In this document: one piece after another, positions 29,601 through 40,000 of the stretch
How positions within the stretch are numbered: the stretch's first letter is position 1
Layout of the letters: the number at the start of each line of letters is the position of its first letter
IMG/VR virus record: IMGVR_UViG_3300029309_000006
Location: 31,753 to 95,752 of that record
Length of the DNA: 64,000 nt
Source: a virus
Reading direction: 5' to 3' (one strand)
Made by a program: the position numbers and the translations under genes
The notes under the pieces: model-generated
Database searches by the model: none
What the model was told of the DNA's origin: nothing
The model's input: only the letters and a program-made list of their open reading frames with translations

Positions 29601-30637
29601 TAGATATATTTTGGGAAACAACTAGTGTAGGCTTAATATCTACATTAAACGATGCTGTAAACACAAGTTATGAAGGCGCTACAGGTTGGTCATCTCATAA
29701 TTCTTCAGCTTTTACTGAAGCAATGTCTGGTAATTTTTTAACTGGATTATCGCCTGTAGATCAGCTAGGTAATAACTTAACTAACACTTCTTCTTCTGCT
29801 TTAACAGCATTAGATGGTGCTGGAAATGATGTTTCAAATCAGTTTTCAATAACAAGAATAGGTGGTTCGCCTCCATATACATATAACATAGCAAAAGTAG
29901 GTGATAATTTTGTTTACAACGAAAATGCTAGCTTAAGAACTTATACGCTTTCTGCTTCAATAACAAACTTAGCTAACAATGTTGTATCAGGAGCTTTAAA
30001 CATAAACGTTTCTTTACAAAATGTTCAACCTGTTATAAATGGTGGTGTTGCTTTATCACCAATAACAAATGTAAACCAAGCTTTTACAGGAGCTTTAACT
30101 ACTATAACTGGTGTAAACGGTGCTGCTAATGCCACATTAAAATTACAAGAATTAAAGTTTAGTATATCTGCAGGTAACTCAGGTAATTATTTTAGTATAA
30201 ATGAAACAACAGGTGTTTTATCAAAAATAAATGGAACATCAAACTCAGTAGGAACACATAATTTAACTATAAAACTAGAAGATGCTAATGGTAATACTTC
30301 TAGTGGTTCGTTAAGTGCTACAGCTACTCAACAAATTGTTGTAAACTCCAGTATTATTGGTAATGCTTTTACTGCTTCTGATCCAGGTGTTTTTAATCAA
30401 ACTTGTAATATTAATGGAGCTGTAAATGCTACATGTGGAACTGTTACATATTATAACCAAACTAGTTTATCTCCTAGCCTTAATGATATAATAAGAACTG
30501 GCCCTAATGGTGCTAGCTCACCTTTAGCATCTGCAGGATATTATTCATATGCTTGTGGTCAAACAGGTGTTGGAAACAGAAGGTTCTTTAGAATAGCTGG
30601 AAATGATGGTAAAATAACACAGGTAAGTACTTGTTAA
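26612..30637 (+). CDS. Tail stabilisation (muzzle) protein, N-terminal part, with inserted domains
   Basis: KMNKDLDDRLIPNGEYRDAQNI, LFWTDNRNQPRKIN and GNRIIYGN motifs; cadherin-like C-terminal region. Confidence 0.75.
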   Translation: MAEIKNSFLKSKMNKDLDDRLIPNGEYRDAQNISVGKSEADDIGALETIRGNELVLDFGLSHTDVEVIGYKSIDSRNIIVVYLTNNTDHYIYSYTPGQNNATLLVTGSFLNFSKDSPITGINIIESLLFWTDNRNQPRKINLDLTANGTYYTEENHISVAKYNPYQPISLLKKISKTTTSTSPTSTLLIADTSGIEKGMAVVEYGNAAIEPQDYIYVTNIVANTSVTLSSSVTGVASGDTIHFLSTTMTGEEITFNFNNGSPATWPGDPDFLETKFVRLSYRFEFDDGEYSLMAPFTQIAFIPKQKGYFLEGQEKDSFRSTVVDFMENGVQNIELLIPFPDTLNKVQPSVGASYKIKALDILYKESDSTAVKVVDTIDYDDADEAGNNWTATSTTNIYTYNYQSRKPFRTLPSAQTTRVYDKVPVKALAQESSGNRIIYGNFLDKYSPPAFLNYIVGVGPKSQTIDYYNWVEYPNHSVKQNRNYQVGFVLIDKFGRQSDVVLSQVKTATTTTDGVVYGGDTIYSPYNTSANQGSIRNWFGDALKIDLREPITSVVNSSQGTPGLYAVQIGDGYNTFQSSASDQPTISGNTYVFKLAANQTDIPALNSSLEGEFTDYVKVTNVQVNTPTAGKYTITTDGQVSSNYLQQLPSGPDVKYSYNINSKGWYSYKIVVKQTEQDYYNVYLPGILAGYPGQPLPTTTTENQASNSFYLNLGGGTKDNDLIQVGMVATSDDPAEIVDNPTIVTKKDASNYTFSTTQSIGVDELFFYRMPGDLALFPSDEVGKTANIVLLNDNINKVPRDLVEIGPEQRQFRSSVKLYGRVSNDFIESNRQYYPGINNHLAISISTASDSNFKQETILDQNYQSLYQFDTNPLIARLEVNTELSTIATSSNSPAAGAAQNLTISSAPTVPVEVGMIVTCNGGDSTGIAVGTVYGVVTAIISDTSFTCDLSVGPNGNPSLKFIKTIGSPNGRSRVQDFTLMKPTLAIYETEATESLLDIFWETTSVGLISTLNDAVNTSYEGATGWSSHNSSAFTEAMSGNFLTGLSPVDQLGNNLTNTSSSALTALDGAGNDVSNQFSITRIGGSPPYTYNIAKVGDNFVYNENASLRTYTLSASITNLANNVVSGALNINVSLQNVQPVINGGVALSPITNVNQAFTGALTTITGVNGAANATLKLQELKFSISAGNSGNYFSINETTGVLSKINGTSNSVGTHNLTIKLEDANGNTSSGSLSATATQQIVVNSSIIGNAFTASDPGVFNQTCNINGAVNATCGTVTYYNQTSLSPSLNDIIRTGPNGASSPLASAGYYSYACGQTGVGNRRFFRIAGNDGKITQVSTC

Positions 30638-30655
30638 AATAAGTGATAATAAAAT

Positions 30656-32236
30656 ATGGCTGTAATAGAAGTAAAATACTTTAATACTTTTTTAATTAAA
30701 AAGATAGCTAATGTTGTTGCTGCAAGCCCGCAGCCTACAGCACCGTTTGCTGATGTTCCAGGCTCTTATAGTGCTAATACTGTTGAAGACTGGTATGTAG
30801 AAGAATCAAGGATAAAAGGTGGTTATAATAACACTACTGTTGACTTTGGTGTTAAGGCTTATTTAGATGAAGAACATCCTCTTCAACAACATAGATTTAA
30901 CACGTTAATATATTCTGGAATATATAATTCAAGAACAGGTGTAAACAATACTAATCAATTTTCTGTAGCAGAAGACATTACAAGATCTGTAGATCCTGTA
31001 AACGGAAGTATTCAAAAGCTATATGCAGAAGATACTAACTTAATAATTTTTCAAGAAGATAAAGTAAGTAGAGCTTTAATAGATAAAGATGCTATTTATT
31101 CAGCAGAAGGCAACGCAACAGTTACTTCAGCTAGATTAGTAATAGGTCAAATAGTTCCTTACGCTGGAGAATATGGTATAAGTACTGATCCATTTAGTTT
31201 TGCTGTTTATGGTTATAGAAAATATTTTACAGACAAAAAAAGAGGATGCGTACTAAGGCTTTCTAGTGGAGGAGATATTATAGAAATATCTGGTTATGGT
31301 ATGCATGATTTTTTTAGAGATGAATTAAAAGATGCTACAAGAATAGTTGGTGGTTGGGATTCATATACTAAAAACTACGTTTTATCTTTACAGAACACAC
31401 AATATAGAACTGGAACTGGTCAAGTTGCTCAAACAAACAATGATGTAACTAATACTGGCAATAACGTGCCTTTAATACTTAACGCTGGTAACACTAATAT
31501 AGTTCCAGGTATGCGTATATATTCTTATACACCGAGTGGTCAAGTAACTGGAACTTTATACGGAGAAGTTGTTTCTGTAATACAAACAACCAACCCTGCT
31601 AAATTTACTTGTAATATAGGTACTGAAATACCTGGTAATCAACCAGTTATATTTTGGACTCAAACAGGTGGTTTTAAAACATTATCATTTGATGAAAGTG
31701 TTTTAGGTTGGACTAGCTTTTATAGCTATGAACCTGTTTTTATAACTAGCCTAGTAAGTGATTTTTACAGTTTTTATAACACTAGAATATACAAGCAAAA
31801 TACCGGTAATTATGGCCAATATTATGGTATTTGTTATGACTCAGATGTTACTGTAGTTTTAAACAGTGATCCATCTTTAGTAAAAAACTTTAAAACTCTT
31901 AATTATGAAGGTGATGATGGTTGGCAAGTTGAATCTATGGTCGCTAGTTCAGGTGATACTATATTCCCTATACCTAGATATACTTTTCAACAAACACTAA
32001 TAGATTTAGAAAATAGTATGTTTTCTACATCATTTAAGAAAAAAGAAAACAAATACTTTGCAAATTTAATAAATAATTCAACTGTAACAGAAGGTGAAAT
32101 TATATTTGGCCAAGACTCTTCTGGTATTAAAGGGTTTTTCTCTACAGTGGTACTAAAATTAAACAATGTGAATTACAAAACAATAAAAAAAGAATTATTT
32201 GCGGTGTCTAGTGATGTCGTAGAATCATCGTATTAA
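30656..32236 (+). CDS. Tail stabilisation (muzzle) protein, C-terminal part
   Basis: GSIQKL...FQEDKVS...GEYGIS...YFTD...KNFKTLNYEG...FKKKENKYFA motifs. Confidence 0.7.
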   Translation: MAVIEVKYFNTFLIKKIANVVAASPQPTAPFADVPGSYSANTVEDWYVEESRIKGGYNNTTVDFGVKAYLDEEHPLQQHRFNTLIYSGIYNSRTGVNNTNQFSVAEDITRSVDPVNGSIQKLYAEDTNLIIFQEDKVSRALIDKDAIYSAEGNATVTSARLVIGQIVPYAGEYGISTDPFSFAVYGYRKYFTDKKRGCVLRLSSGGDIIEISGYGMHDFFRDELKDATRIVGGWDSYTKNYVLSLQNTQYRTGTGQVAQTNNDVTNTGNNVPLILNAGNTNIVPGMRIYSYTPSGQVTGTLYGEVVSVIQTTNPAKFTCNIGTEIPGNQPVIFWTQTGGFKTLSFDESVLGWTSFYSYEPVFITSLVSDFYSFYNTRIYKQNTGNYGQYYGICYDSDVTVVLNSDPSLVKNFKTLNYEGDDGWQVESMVASSGDTIFPIPRYTFQQTLIDLENSMFSTSFKKKENKYFANLINNSTVTEGEIIFGQDSSGIKGFFSTVVLKLNNVNYKTIKKELFAVSSDVVESSY

Positions 32237-32246
32237 TAAATTAATT

Positions 32247-32990
32247 ATGGGATTATTTAGTGGAATAACAGGTATATTTGCTGGATTTGCACAAAAAGCA
32301 GCTGCAAAACGAGCTCAAAGAAGAGCTGCCGAAGACAAAAAGAAAGCTACAGCTGAATTAAAATCTTTAGAAAGTAGTCGTCAGGCAATAATAAACCCTT
32401 ATGAAAATACTGCTGATTTAAGCGCTTTAGCGCAAGATTTATCAGGTAAACTTAGTAATCCTTTTGCAAGTTTAGGTGTTTCTACTGCTTCTGCCGATAT
32501 ACAAGCAGAGCAAACCGATATAGCTTTAGCAAATACTTTAGACACGTTAAGAGCTACTGGTGCTAGCGCAGGAGGTGCTACCGCTTTAGCTCAAGCTGCT
32601 TTACAAAGTAAAAAAGGTATATCTGCTAGTATAGAACAGCAAGAAGCAAGAAATGAACAGTTAAGAGCTCAAGGACAACAGCAATTAGAAAGGATGGAAC
32701 TAGCTGAAGGTCAAAGAATACAAGGTATACAAATAGCTGAAGGTAGAAGAATTCAAACAGCAGATGCTGCAGGTAGAGCTTTTGAGTTTAACGCTTTAGA
32801 AAGAAGAGAAACAGATAAAATAGATTATGTAAGAGAGCAAAAAGAGTCAGCAAAAAGAAGAGAACTAGGCGCAGCACAACGAAAATCTAACGCTATAGCC
32901 GCTACTTGGAGTGCTGTTGGTGAGGGTCTTGATGGAGCCGCGGCTTTAGGTGCTTTTGGTGATGACTTAAACCCAAACTCTGACAGTTAA
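32247..32990 (+). CDS. Putative ejected (pilot/cargo) protein
   Basis: Amphipathic Gly/Ala N-terminus, Ala/Gln-rich coiled coil, position after muzzle genes. Confidence 0.55.
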   Translation: MGLFSGITGIFAGFAQKAAAKRAQRRAAEDKKKATAELKSLESSRQAIINPYENTADLSALAQDLSGKLSNPFASLGVSTASADIQAEQTDIALANTLDTLRATGASAGGATALAQAALQSKKGISASIEQQEARNEQLRAQGQQQLERMELAEGQRIQGIQIAEGRRIQTADAAGRAFEFNALERRETDKIDYVREQKESAKRRELGAAQRKSNAIAATWSAVGEGLDGAAALGAFGDDLNPNSDS

Positions 32991-33003
32991 TAAAATTTAA
33001 AAC

Positions 33004-34068
33004 ATGGGATTAAAAGAAAAACTATTAGAAAACAAACGCCTTAACGAAGAAAATCAATTTAAAGTAGCGCAACAATATTCACAAGCTAGTTATGAACTTG
33101 GGTATAATGATAGCAAAGATATAGAAGTTGATTATTCTAAGTTATATGATCCTTTTATAAAAATATATTCTGATATTCAAATAAAGCTACAAAACAACAC
33201 TAGCAAAAATCCTGTTGTTGATAGAAAATATGCAGAAGATATTGTAAAAAGCGTAGAAGTTATAAAAAACGCTTTAGAAAATATATTGTCAAATGTTCAA
33301 GTTTGGACACCAGCTGTTCAGAAAGCAGGTATGATGGGCGGTGTAGATTTAATGGGAACACCTCATAGTAGATATAAAGCTATGAATATATTTGCAGATG
33401 ATTTAAAAGGTATTATAAATATAGTAGCAGATCAAGGAAACATAAACATGCTTGCTTATGATTTATATGATAGTGAAGGATTTGTAGAAAGAATATACTT
33501 AAACAAGTTAAACAAGCTTTCAGAGTCTCAAGAAATGTTTGTTTCTATACCTGACACTACAAAAGAAAATAATGATTTTAAATTATTAAGTACTGAAATT
33601 TTTGAACAACAAAAAATTGGTAATAACCCTGTTTTAACAGGCGGAGTAACAGAACCTTATAGAAAAAAAGATTCTAAGGGAGAAGTTGAAATAAAACAAG
33701 AATCAATAAACCAAAATACAGTTCAAGATTTTTATATTGTAGATAAAGAAGCTATAAAAAGAAGTTTACAGTTTAATACTGAAATGAACAAGATAACAGC
33801 AGGTTTATTAGAACAACAAGAAGGTTACGATCAAGCAATAGCTTTTAATAATAATATATTATCTACAGTTACAGATAATTATTTACAACCAGCAAAAGCT
33901 TTAACAAAAGAACAAGAAAAAAAATTTACTGAAGATTATAAGGTATGGTTTTTAGAAAAAGAAGTTGGTAATAAATTTCCAATAGGAGAGCCAAGAGCTA
34001 AAGAACAGCCACAAGAAGAAGTTACAGAACAAGTTACAGAAGAAGTTACAGAAGAAGTAATATCATAA
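33004..34068 (+). CDS. Putative internal virion/cargo protein
   Basis: Position between pilot-like and giant cargo genes; C-terminal EEVT repeat. Confidence 0.45.
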   Translation: MGLKEKLLENKRLNEENQFKVAQQYSQASYELGYNDSKDIEVDYSKLYDPFIKIYSDIQIKLQNNTSKNPVVDRKYAEDIVKSVEVIKNALENILSNVQVWTPAVQKAGMMGGVDLMGTPHSRYKAMNIFADDLKGIINIVADQGNINMLAYDLYDSEGFVERIYLNKLNKLSESQEMFVSIPDTTKENNDFKLLSTEIFEQQKIGNNPVLTGGVTEPYRKKDSKGEVEIKQESINQNTVQDFYIVDKEAIKRSLQFNTEMNKITAGLLEQQEGYDQAIAFNNNILSTVTDNYLQPAKALTKEQEKKFTEDYKVWFLEKEVGNKFPIGEPRAKEQPQEEVTEQVTEEVTEEVIS

Positions 34069-34069
34069 T

Positions 34070-37000
34070 ATGAGTTGCGAAGAACTAAAACAGATATACG
34101 GTGAAAATTCTACACAATACAGACAGTGTATTAATAACACCGAGGCTTTAAAAAATGCTGAGTTTACAGAAGAAGAACAAGGAATTTTAGACAACTATAA
34201 TGCTATATCTTTATCTGATGAAGATCAACAGGATATAATAGATGATTTAAAAAAATCAAAAGAAAAAATATTTAAAGAAGCTAGATATTATAAGCCTTTT
34301 GGCATTCCTTCAAGAGGTTATCAACCTTCTCTTAAGTCAAGAAGTGAATCACAATTAAAAAAGTTTTTTGAAAGCTCTGACTTAACTTATGAAGATTATT
34401 TAAAGTATCAAGACGACGGAACAATACCTAATCCTACAGAAGAAGATATATTAAAAGAGCAAAATATAAGAATAGAAAACAAACAAAGAGATTTTCTTGA
34501 AAATGTAGATAATAGTTCTAGAGAGATTATTTCACAAAAACAAAAAGCCCAACAAAAAATATTTGAAGAACAACAGTTAAAATTAGAAAAAGAAAAAAAT
34601 AATATAGCTGATGTAGATGAAAAAGGAAAATTAGTAGGTGGTGAAGTTTTTGAAATAGACAAAAAACTAAAAAACATGCAAGGCTTTATTGGTAATCAGT
34701 TTGATTCAAATAAAGTAGAGCCTACTGCTGTTTTTTATGAAAATTTTAATTCGTTAGTTAAACAAAGAAATGTTTTAGTTAATGAATATGAAAAAATAAG
34801 TAATAAACAAATACTAGATTTAGACGAAAACGCTTCAGCTAAACAAGCTATAGACGTTTGGCAAAGAAGCTACTCAAATGCTGACCAACTTATTCAAGCT
34901 GGGAAAGAAGCATTAAACAATATAAAGTTAGCCGGTATTGAGCTTGGAGAACTAATAACTCAAGCGTATAGAGGTGTGCCTGGCATAGTTGAATATTCTA
35001 CTAGATCAATAAACCCTGACGCTAAAAGTAGTAGTGGTGCTGTTAACTGGCTTAGAAGTCAACGAAACCAAACATTAGATACAGCAGAATATCTAAACAA
35101 TATAAGAGAAACAAAGCTGCCTAAAACTATAAAACTTGAAAATATAAATAATACAGATGATTTTATAAACTATAGTTTAGACGCTGTAATGAATAATATT
35201 CCAAATAGTGCTATGGCTTTTGCTGGGCCTGGTGTTGCTACAGCTTGGTTTACTTTATCAGGATTAGGAGATAAATCTAGTGATTTTGGTTTAGAAGAAA
35301 GAAAAATACAAACATTAAAAGAAAAAATACAAAAAGAATCTGATCCTTTTGAAAAAATGTATTTAGAAAAAGAATTAGAAGCTTATAATGATGCTATTAA
35401 CACTAATCAAATAACAAAGTTTTTAGCAGCGGTTGTTCATGGCGCGGCAGAGTCTATACCTGCTAGGATGTTTGGTACTATTAAAATAGCACAAGGAATT
35501 AAAGATGTATATAGGTATATTCCAAAACAACAGTTTAAAAAAGCTGGATTTGCGGTTGCTAATGCTTTTGGCAAAACACCTGTTTTAGAATCTGTAGAAG
35601 AAGGTTTTACTAACACGCTTCAAAATCTTAACGACATATATGTATTGAACAAAGATATAAGTATATTTGACAATTTAGATGAGTCTATGGTTCAAGGTCT
35701 TATAATAGGTAACGGTTTTTCTTTAATGCAGTCAGCTCCTAATGTTTACGGAGCTTTATTAAACGTAGCACAAACAAGACAAAACAAAAAAGAAATAAGA
35801 GCTAAAGTAAATGAATTAAATACTATTTTAGAAGATTACCAAACTGTTACAAGTCCTGATGGAAGAAAAGAATTAAGACTACAAGGTAATAGATTAGTTA
35901 AAGAAATAGTTTCCGATACAAATATAACATTGGAAAAGTTAACTAAACTAGATTATAACCAGTTAATTACTTTAGGAAATCTTGATAGACAATTAAGAGC
36001 TATAAACAAACAATATATAAAAGCTGTAAACTCTGGAATAAGTGATTCTTCTTTAAAAATAATAAAAAATAATTTAAAGACTGAGTTTGATAATATACAA
36101 AATCAAAAAGCTGAAATACTAGGTAAACAAACTAGAACAGATCAAAAACTTGAAAACTTAGACTATGCTTCTTCTCTAGTAAAAGGTAAACAAATATTAG
36201 GAGAAAATTTAGTTATAATAGATGATAATACTGATATAGATAAATTAGGTATAACTAAAGAACAAGCCGACTCACCAGGTTTTGTAAACGAAATAGATGG
36301 TAAAGTATATATTAATGAAAAAATAGCTTTAGACGAAGGAGGTAATATAAATGTTATTGCTCATGAAATATTACACAAGGTTTTAACAGACTATGTGTCA
36401 ACTGATCAAGGTGAGCAAGCAATAATAGATTTTTACAACAATTTAGATGAAGAAACTAAAGCTGCAATAGACAATGAATTAAAGTCTAGAGACTATATTG
36501 ATGAAAACACTCAAGACGTAATACAAGGATTAAAAAGTAAAAACGTTAGAATTGATGAAATACTAACTCAATATTTAGATTTAGTAGAAAATACAGACAA
36601 CAATATAGATATTAATGAAGGAACTTTAAGTAAAATTAAAGATTTTATAGCAAAATTTTTACAAGATTTAGGTTTCAAAGGTAAATTTTCTACTGCCGGT
36701 GACGTAAAAAGATTTTTAGTTGATTATAGAAAAAAATTTAAAAGTGGCGATTTACAAGTAAAAGGTAACAAAAGCGGTGAAGCTTTTTCAAGATCTGTTA
36801 AAAAAGGTGATATAAACACCCTAGCAACAGACATGGCAAGTAAAGGTTATGATAATTTAACTCAAGCTGAACAAACAAGTTTAAAAAATCAATACACAAG
36901 TGTTGCGTTAGCAGCTATTAAATTTGATGCGGGTAAAGGTACTGTAAACACACAAGATGCACAATCATTTGTAGATTCACAATTTGCTACAATAGCAAGA

Positions 37001-40000
37001 AACTACAGGCCTAGAGATCCTAGAACAAATAAAAAGCAAGATTTTACAACATACATATATAACACCGTAGGTAGAAGAGGTGCAGATTTATATGGTAAAC
37101 AAGAAGCTTTAGCTGAAGCAGGCCAAACTACAAGCTTAGATGATGAAAGAGCTAGACAAATTGCTGATCCTGGTTTAGATACAGAAACAACAAGTAAACA
37201 AGATGTTACGCCAACAATCGAAGTATTTGATTTTATAAAAAAATCAGATCCAAGTTTTGATAGTAAAAAGTTTGAAAAAGATTTTACGGATGGTGTGAAC
37301 GCTTTAGCTGCAGAAAAAAATATTGATTTATCTAATCCAGATTTAACACCTAAACAACGGATGGATGTTGTACCTTATAAAGTTTTAGCAGACGCAATAG
37401 GTATACCTGTAAATAAAATTACTAATCCTAAAGCTAATTTAAGCACTGCTGAAGCTAGGAAAGCTCAAAAAATATTATCAGCTGCAAAACCTTTTATTAA
37501 AAATGTGGTTTTAACAAAAGCTAATACAGACGTAACAAGTGTAGAATCAAAAACAAAAAGAGGTAAATCTGTAAAAATAGGTGGAGAAACATTAGGTTTA
37601 GGAACAAAAATATTAAATACATTTTTTAATCCACCTAAAAGATTAGGTAGTGGTAAAAAAGTTAGAACGCCTAAGCAGTTCGACAACAAATTGTTTAATG
37701 AAGCAATTGGTATAAAAAATGGCAAAGTAAGTCCTGATTTTAACGTTAGAAACTCTCAAATAATAAAAGGTTTATTAAAAGCTGTTGCTGAACAAATGAG
37801 CGGTAGAGCAACTAGTAGAACATTAGACGCTGGTCCTCAAGCTCAAGAAGTAAAACTTACTCAAGCACAATTAGACTCTATGAAAAGTCCATTAGTGTTT
37901 AGTAAAGCTCGATCAAATATAAAAACTAAAATACCTAAGTTTAAAAAAGATGCTGAAGGTAAAAAACAATATAAAGATTTTTTACAACAAAAGTTGTTTC
38001 CATTATTTCCAAAAAGCTTTTTCTTACAAGGAGGAGATAGTGCGTTGCAATTTTTAGAAAGTAAAGGACAATATTTTAGCAAAACAGAAATTGATAATAT
38101 TATAAAAGAACAAGGTAATAATTTTGGTAAACCTTTTCCTAAAGGCGTAAATCTTAAATATATTAATAAAAGATATAATCAAGTATTTCCACAAGGTTGG
38201 GATTCAATGGTAGAAATGCATAATTCAGGTGAATTAGCAAAAATGAATGATAGTAATGCTTTGTTAGGTAAGGCAATGTGGGATAGAATTTACAAATCAA
38301 TTAGAAACGCGGTTAATTCTGGTGATCAAAATTTTTTACAAGGATTACAAACTTATATGGCTGGTGTTGGAAGTATAGACAACCACCCATTAAAAATGAT
38401 AGCTCCAGTAGTAGGTGGAACATTTGGTTATCAAAAAGGAAAAGAAAACGTAACGTACGAACACGCTAGACCAGCGAGTGATACATATAATTTATTAATA
38501 AACGCAGCAATAGGTTATAAAAGTAAACAAAGTTTTGATAAAGTCTATGCTGAAGCAATTAAAAATTATAAAGTTATAGCTTTAGCGGAAGTTGATGGAG
38601 CTAAAGTTGATAAATTTTATAAAACAAAAATGCCTGATGGAGTTACTGAGTGGTTTAGAAGATATGCTAATCCAAAAGTAGCTACTGAAAATGGAGGTAT
38701 AGATGTAAATAATTTATATTTATTTAGTCAAGGTAAAGTTTTTTCTGATGCTTTTGGAATTGATTCTGCTGGTAAACCCTTAACTAATGAGGGTAAAGTA
38801 ATAGCTAAAGCTGCAACAAAAAAATATCAAACATTAGATAACGGAATAGTATTTTCTAAAAGTGTAAAAGGTAAAAAGGCTATAGAAAAAAGAAAACAAA
38901 ATGAACCTAAAGATTTAAGCAAAGACTTTAATAGTATAATACAAGAAAATAAAGGTATAAAAGCTGAAGCGGTATATTCTGAAATAGTAGCAAGAAGACA
39001 AGGTAGAGACAAAGGCAGATTTAAGTTTTTCTTACCACCAGGTGCTGAAGATTTTAAAGGATTAATATATACATTTTTAGGTAAAGGTAAAAAAGGTGAA
39101 AAACAATTTGAGTTTTTTGATAATAATTTAATTAAACCTTATTTACAAGGAGTTTCTCAAATAGAAACATTTAGAAGAACTTTAAAAGCTGATTATACAG
39201 CTTTGCTTAAACTAAGCCCAGAAGCTGCAGGAAAATTAAACACTAAAATAGCTAATACAGAATATAGCTTTGACCAAGCTGTTAGAGCTTATTTAATGAA
39301 TGAGTCAGGTTATAATTTAAAAGAGGCAGGTTTATCAGCAAGAGATGCTAAACTGTTGATAGATGCTATTAAAAACGATCCTACAATGGTTTCTTTTGCT
39401 CAAGGGCTGCAGCTAATAACAAAACAAGACACTTGGTTGTCGCCTAACGGAGGTTTTGACGTACAAACTATACAATCAGATCTACATCGTTTAACACAAG
39501 GTGCAGGTAGAAAAAAGTTTTTTGAAAACTCAGGCTTTATACCTAACTCTGAACAGATATTTAATAGAGATAATTTAAATAAAGTAGAAGCAGCTTACGG
39601 TTATAATGTAAAAGAAGCTATACAAGATATATTGTATCGTATGAAAAATGGTACAAACAGACCTTCTGGTTCTAGCAGGTTAACAAACTCTTTTAACAAC
39701 TGGGTAAATAGATCTATTGGAGCAATAATGTTTTTTAACAGAAAATCTGCATTATTACAAACAATATCAAGTATAAACTTTATAAACTGGAGTGACAACA
39801 ACCCTTTAAAAGCTGCTATAGCTTTTGGTAATCAGCCTCAATATTGGAAAGACTTTGCTACAATTTTTAATTCTGATAAATTAAAAGAAAGAAGAGCTGG
39901 TTTAAAAGGTGATATAAATGAAGCTGAGCTTGCTAGTGCTGTTAAAAATGCTACAAACAAAGCAGAAGCAGCACTATCTTGGTTGCTTAAAAAAGGTTTT

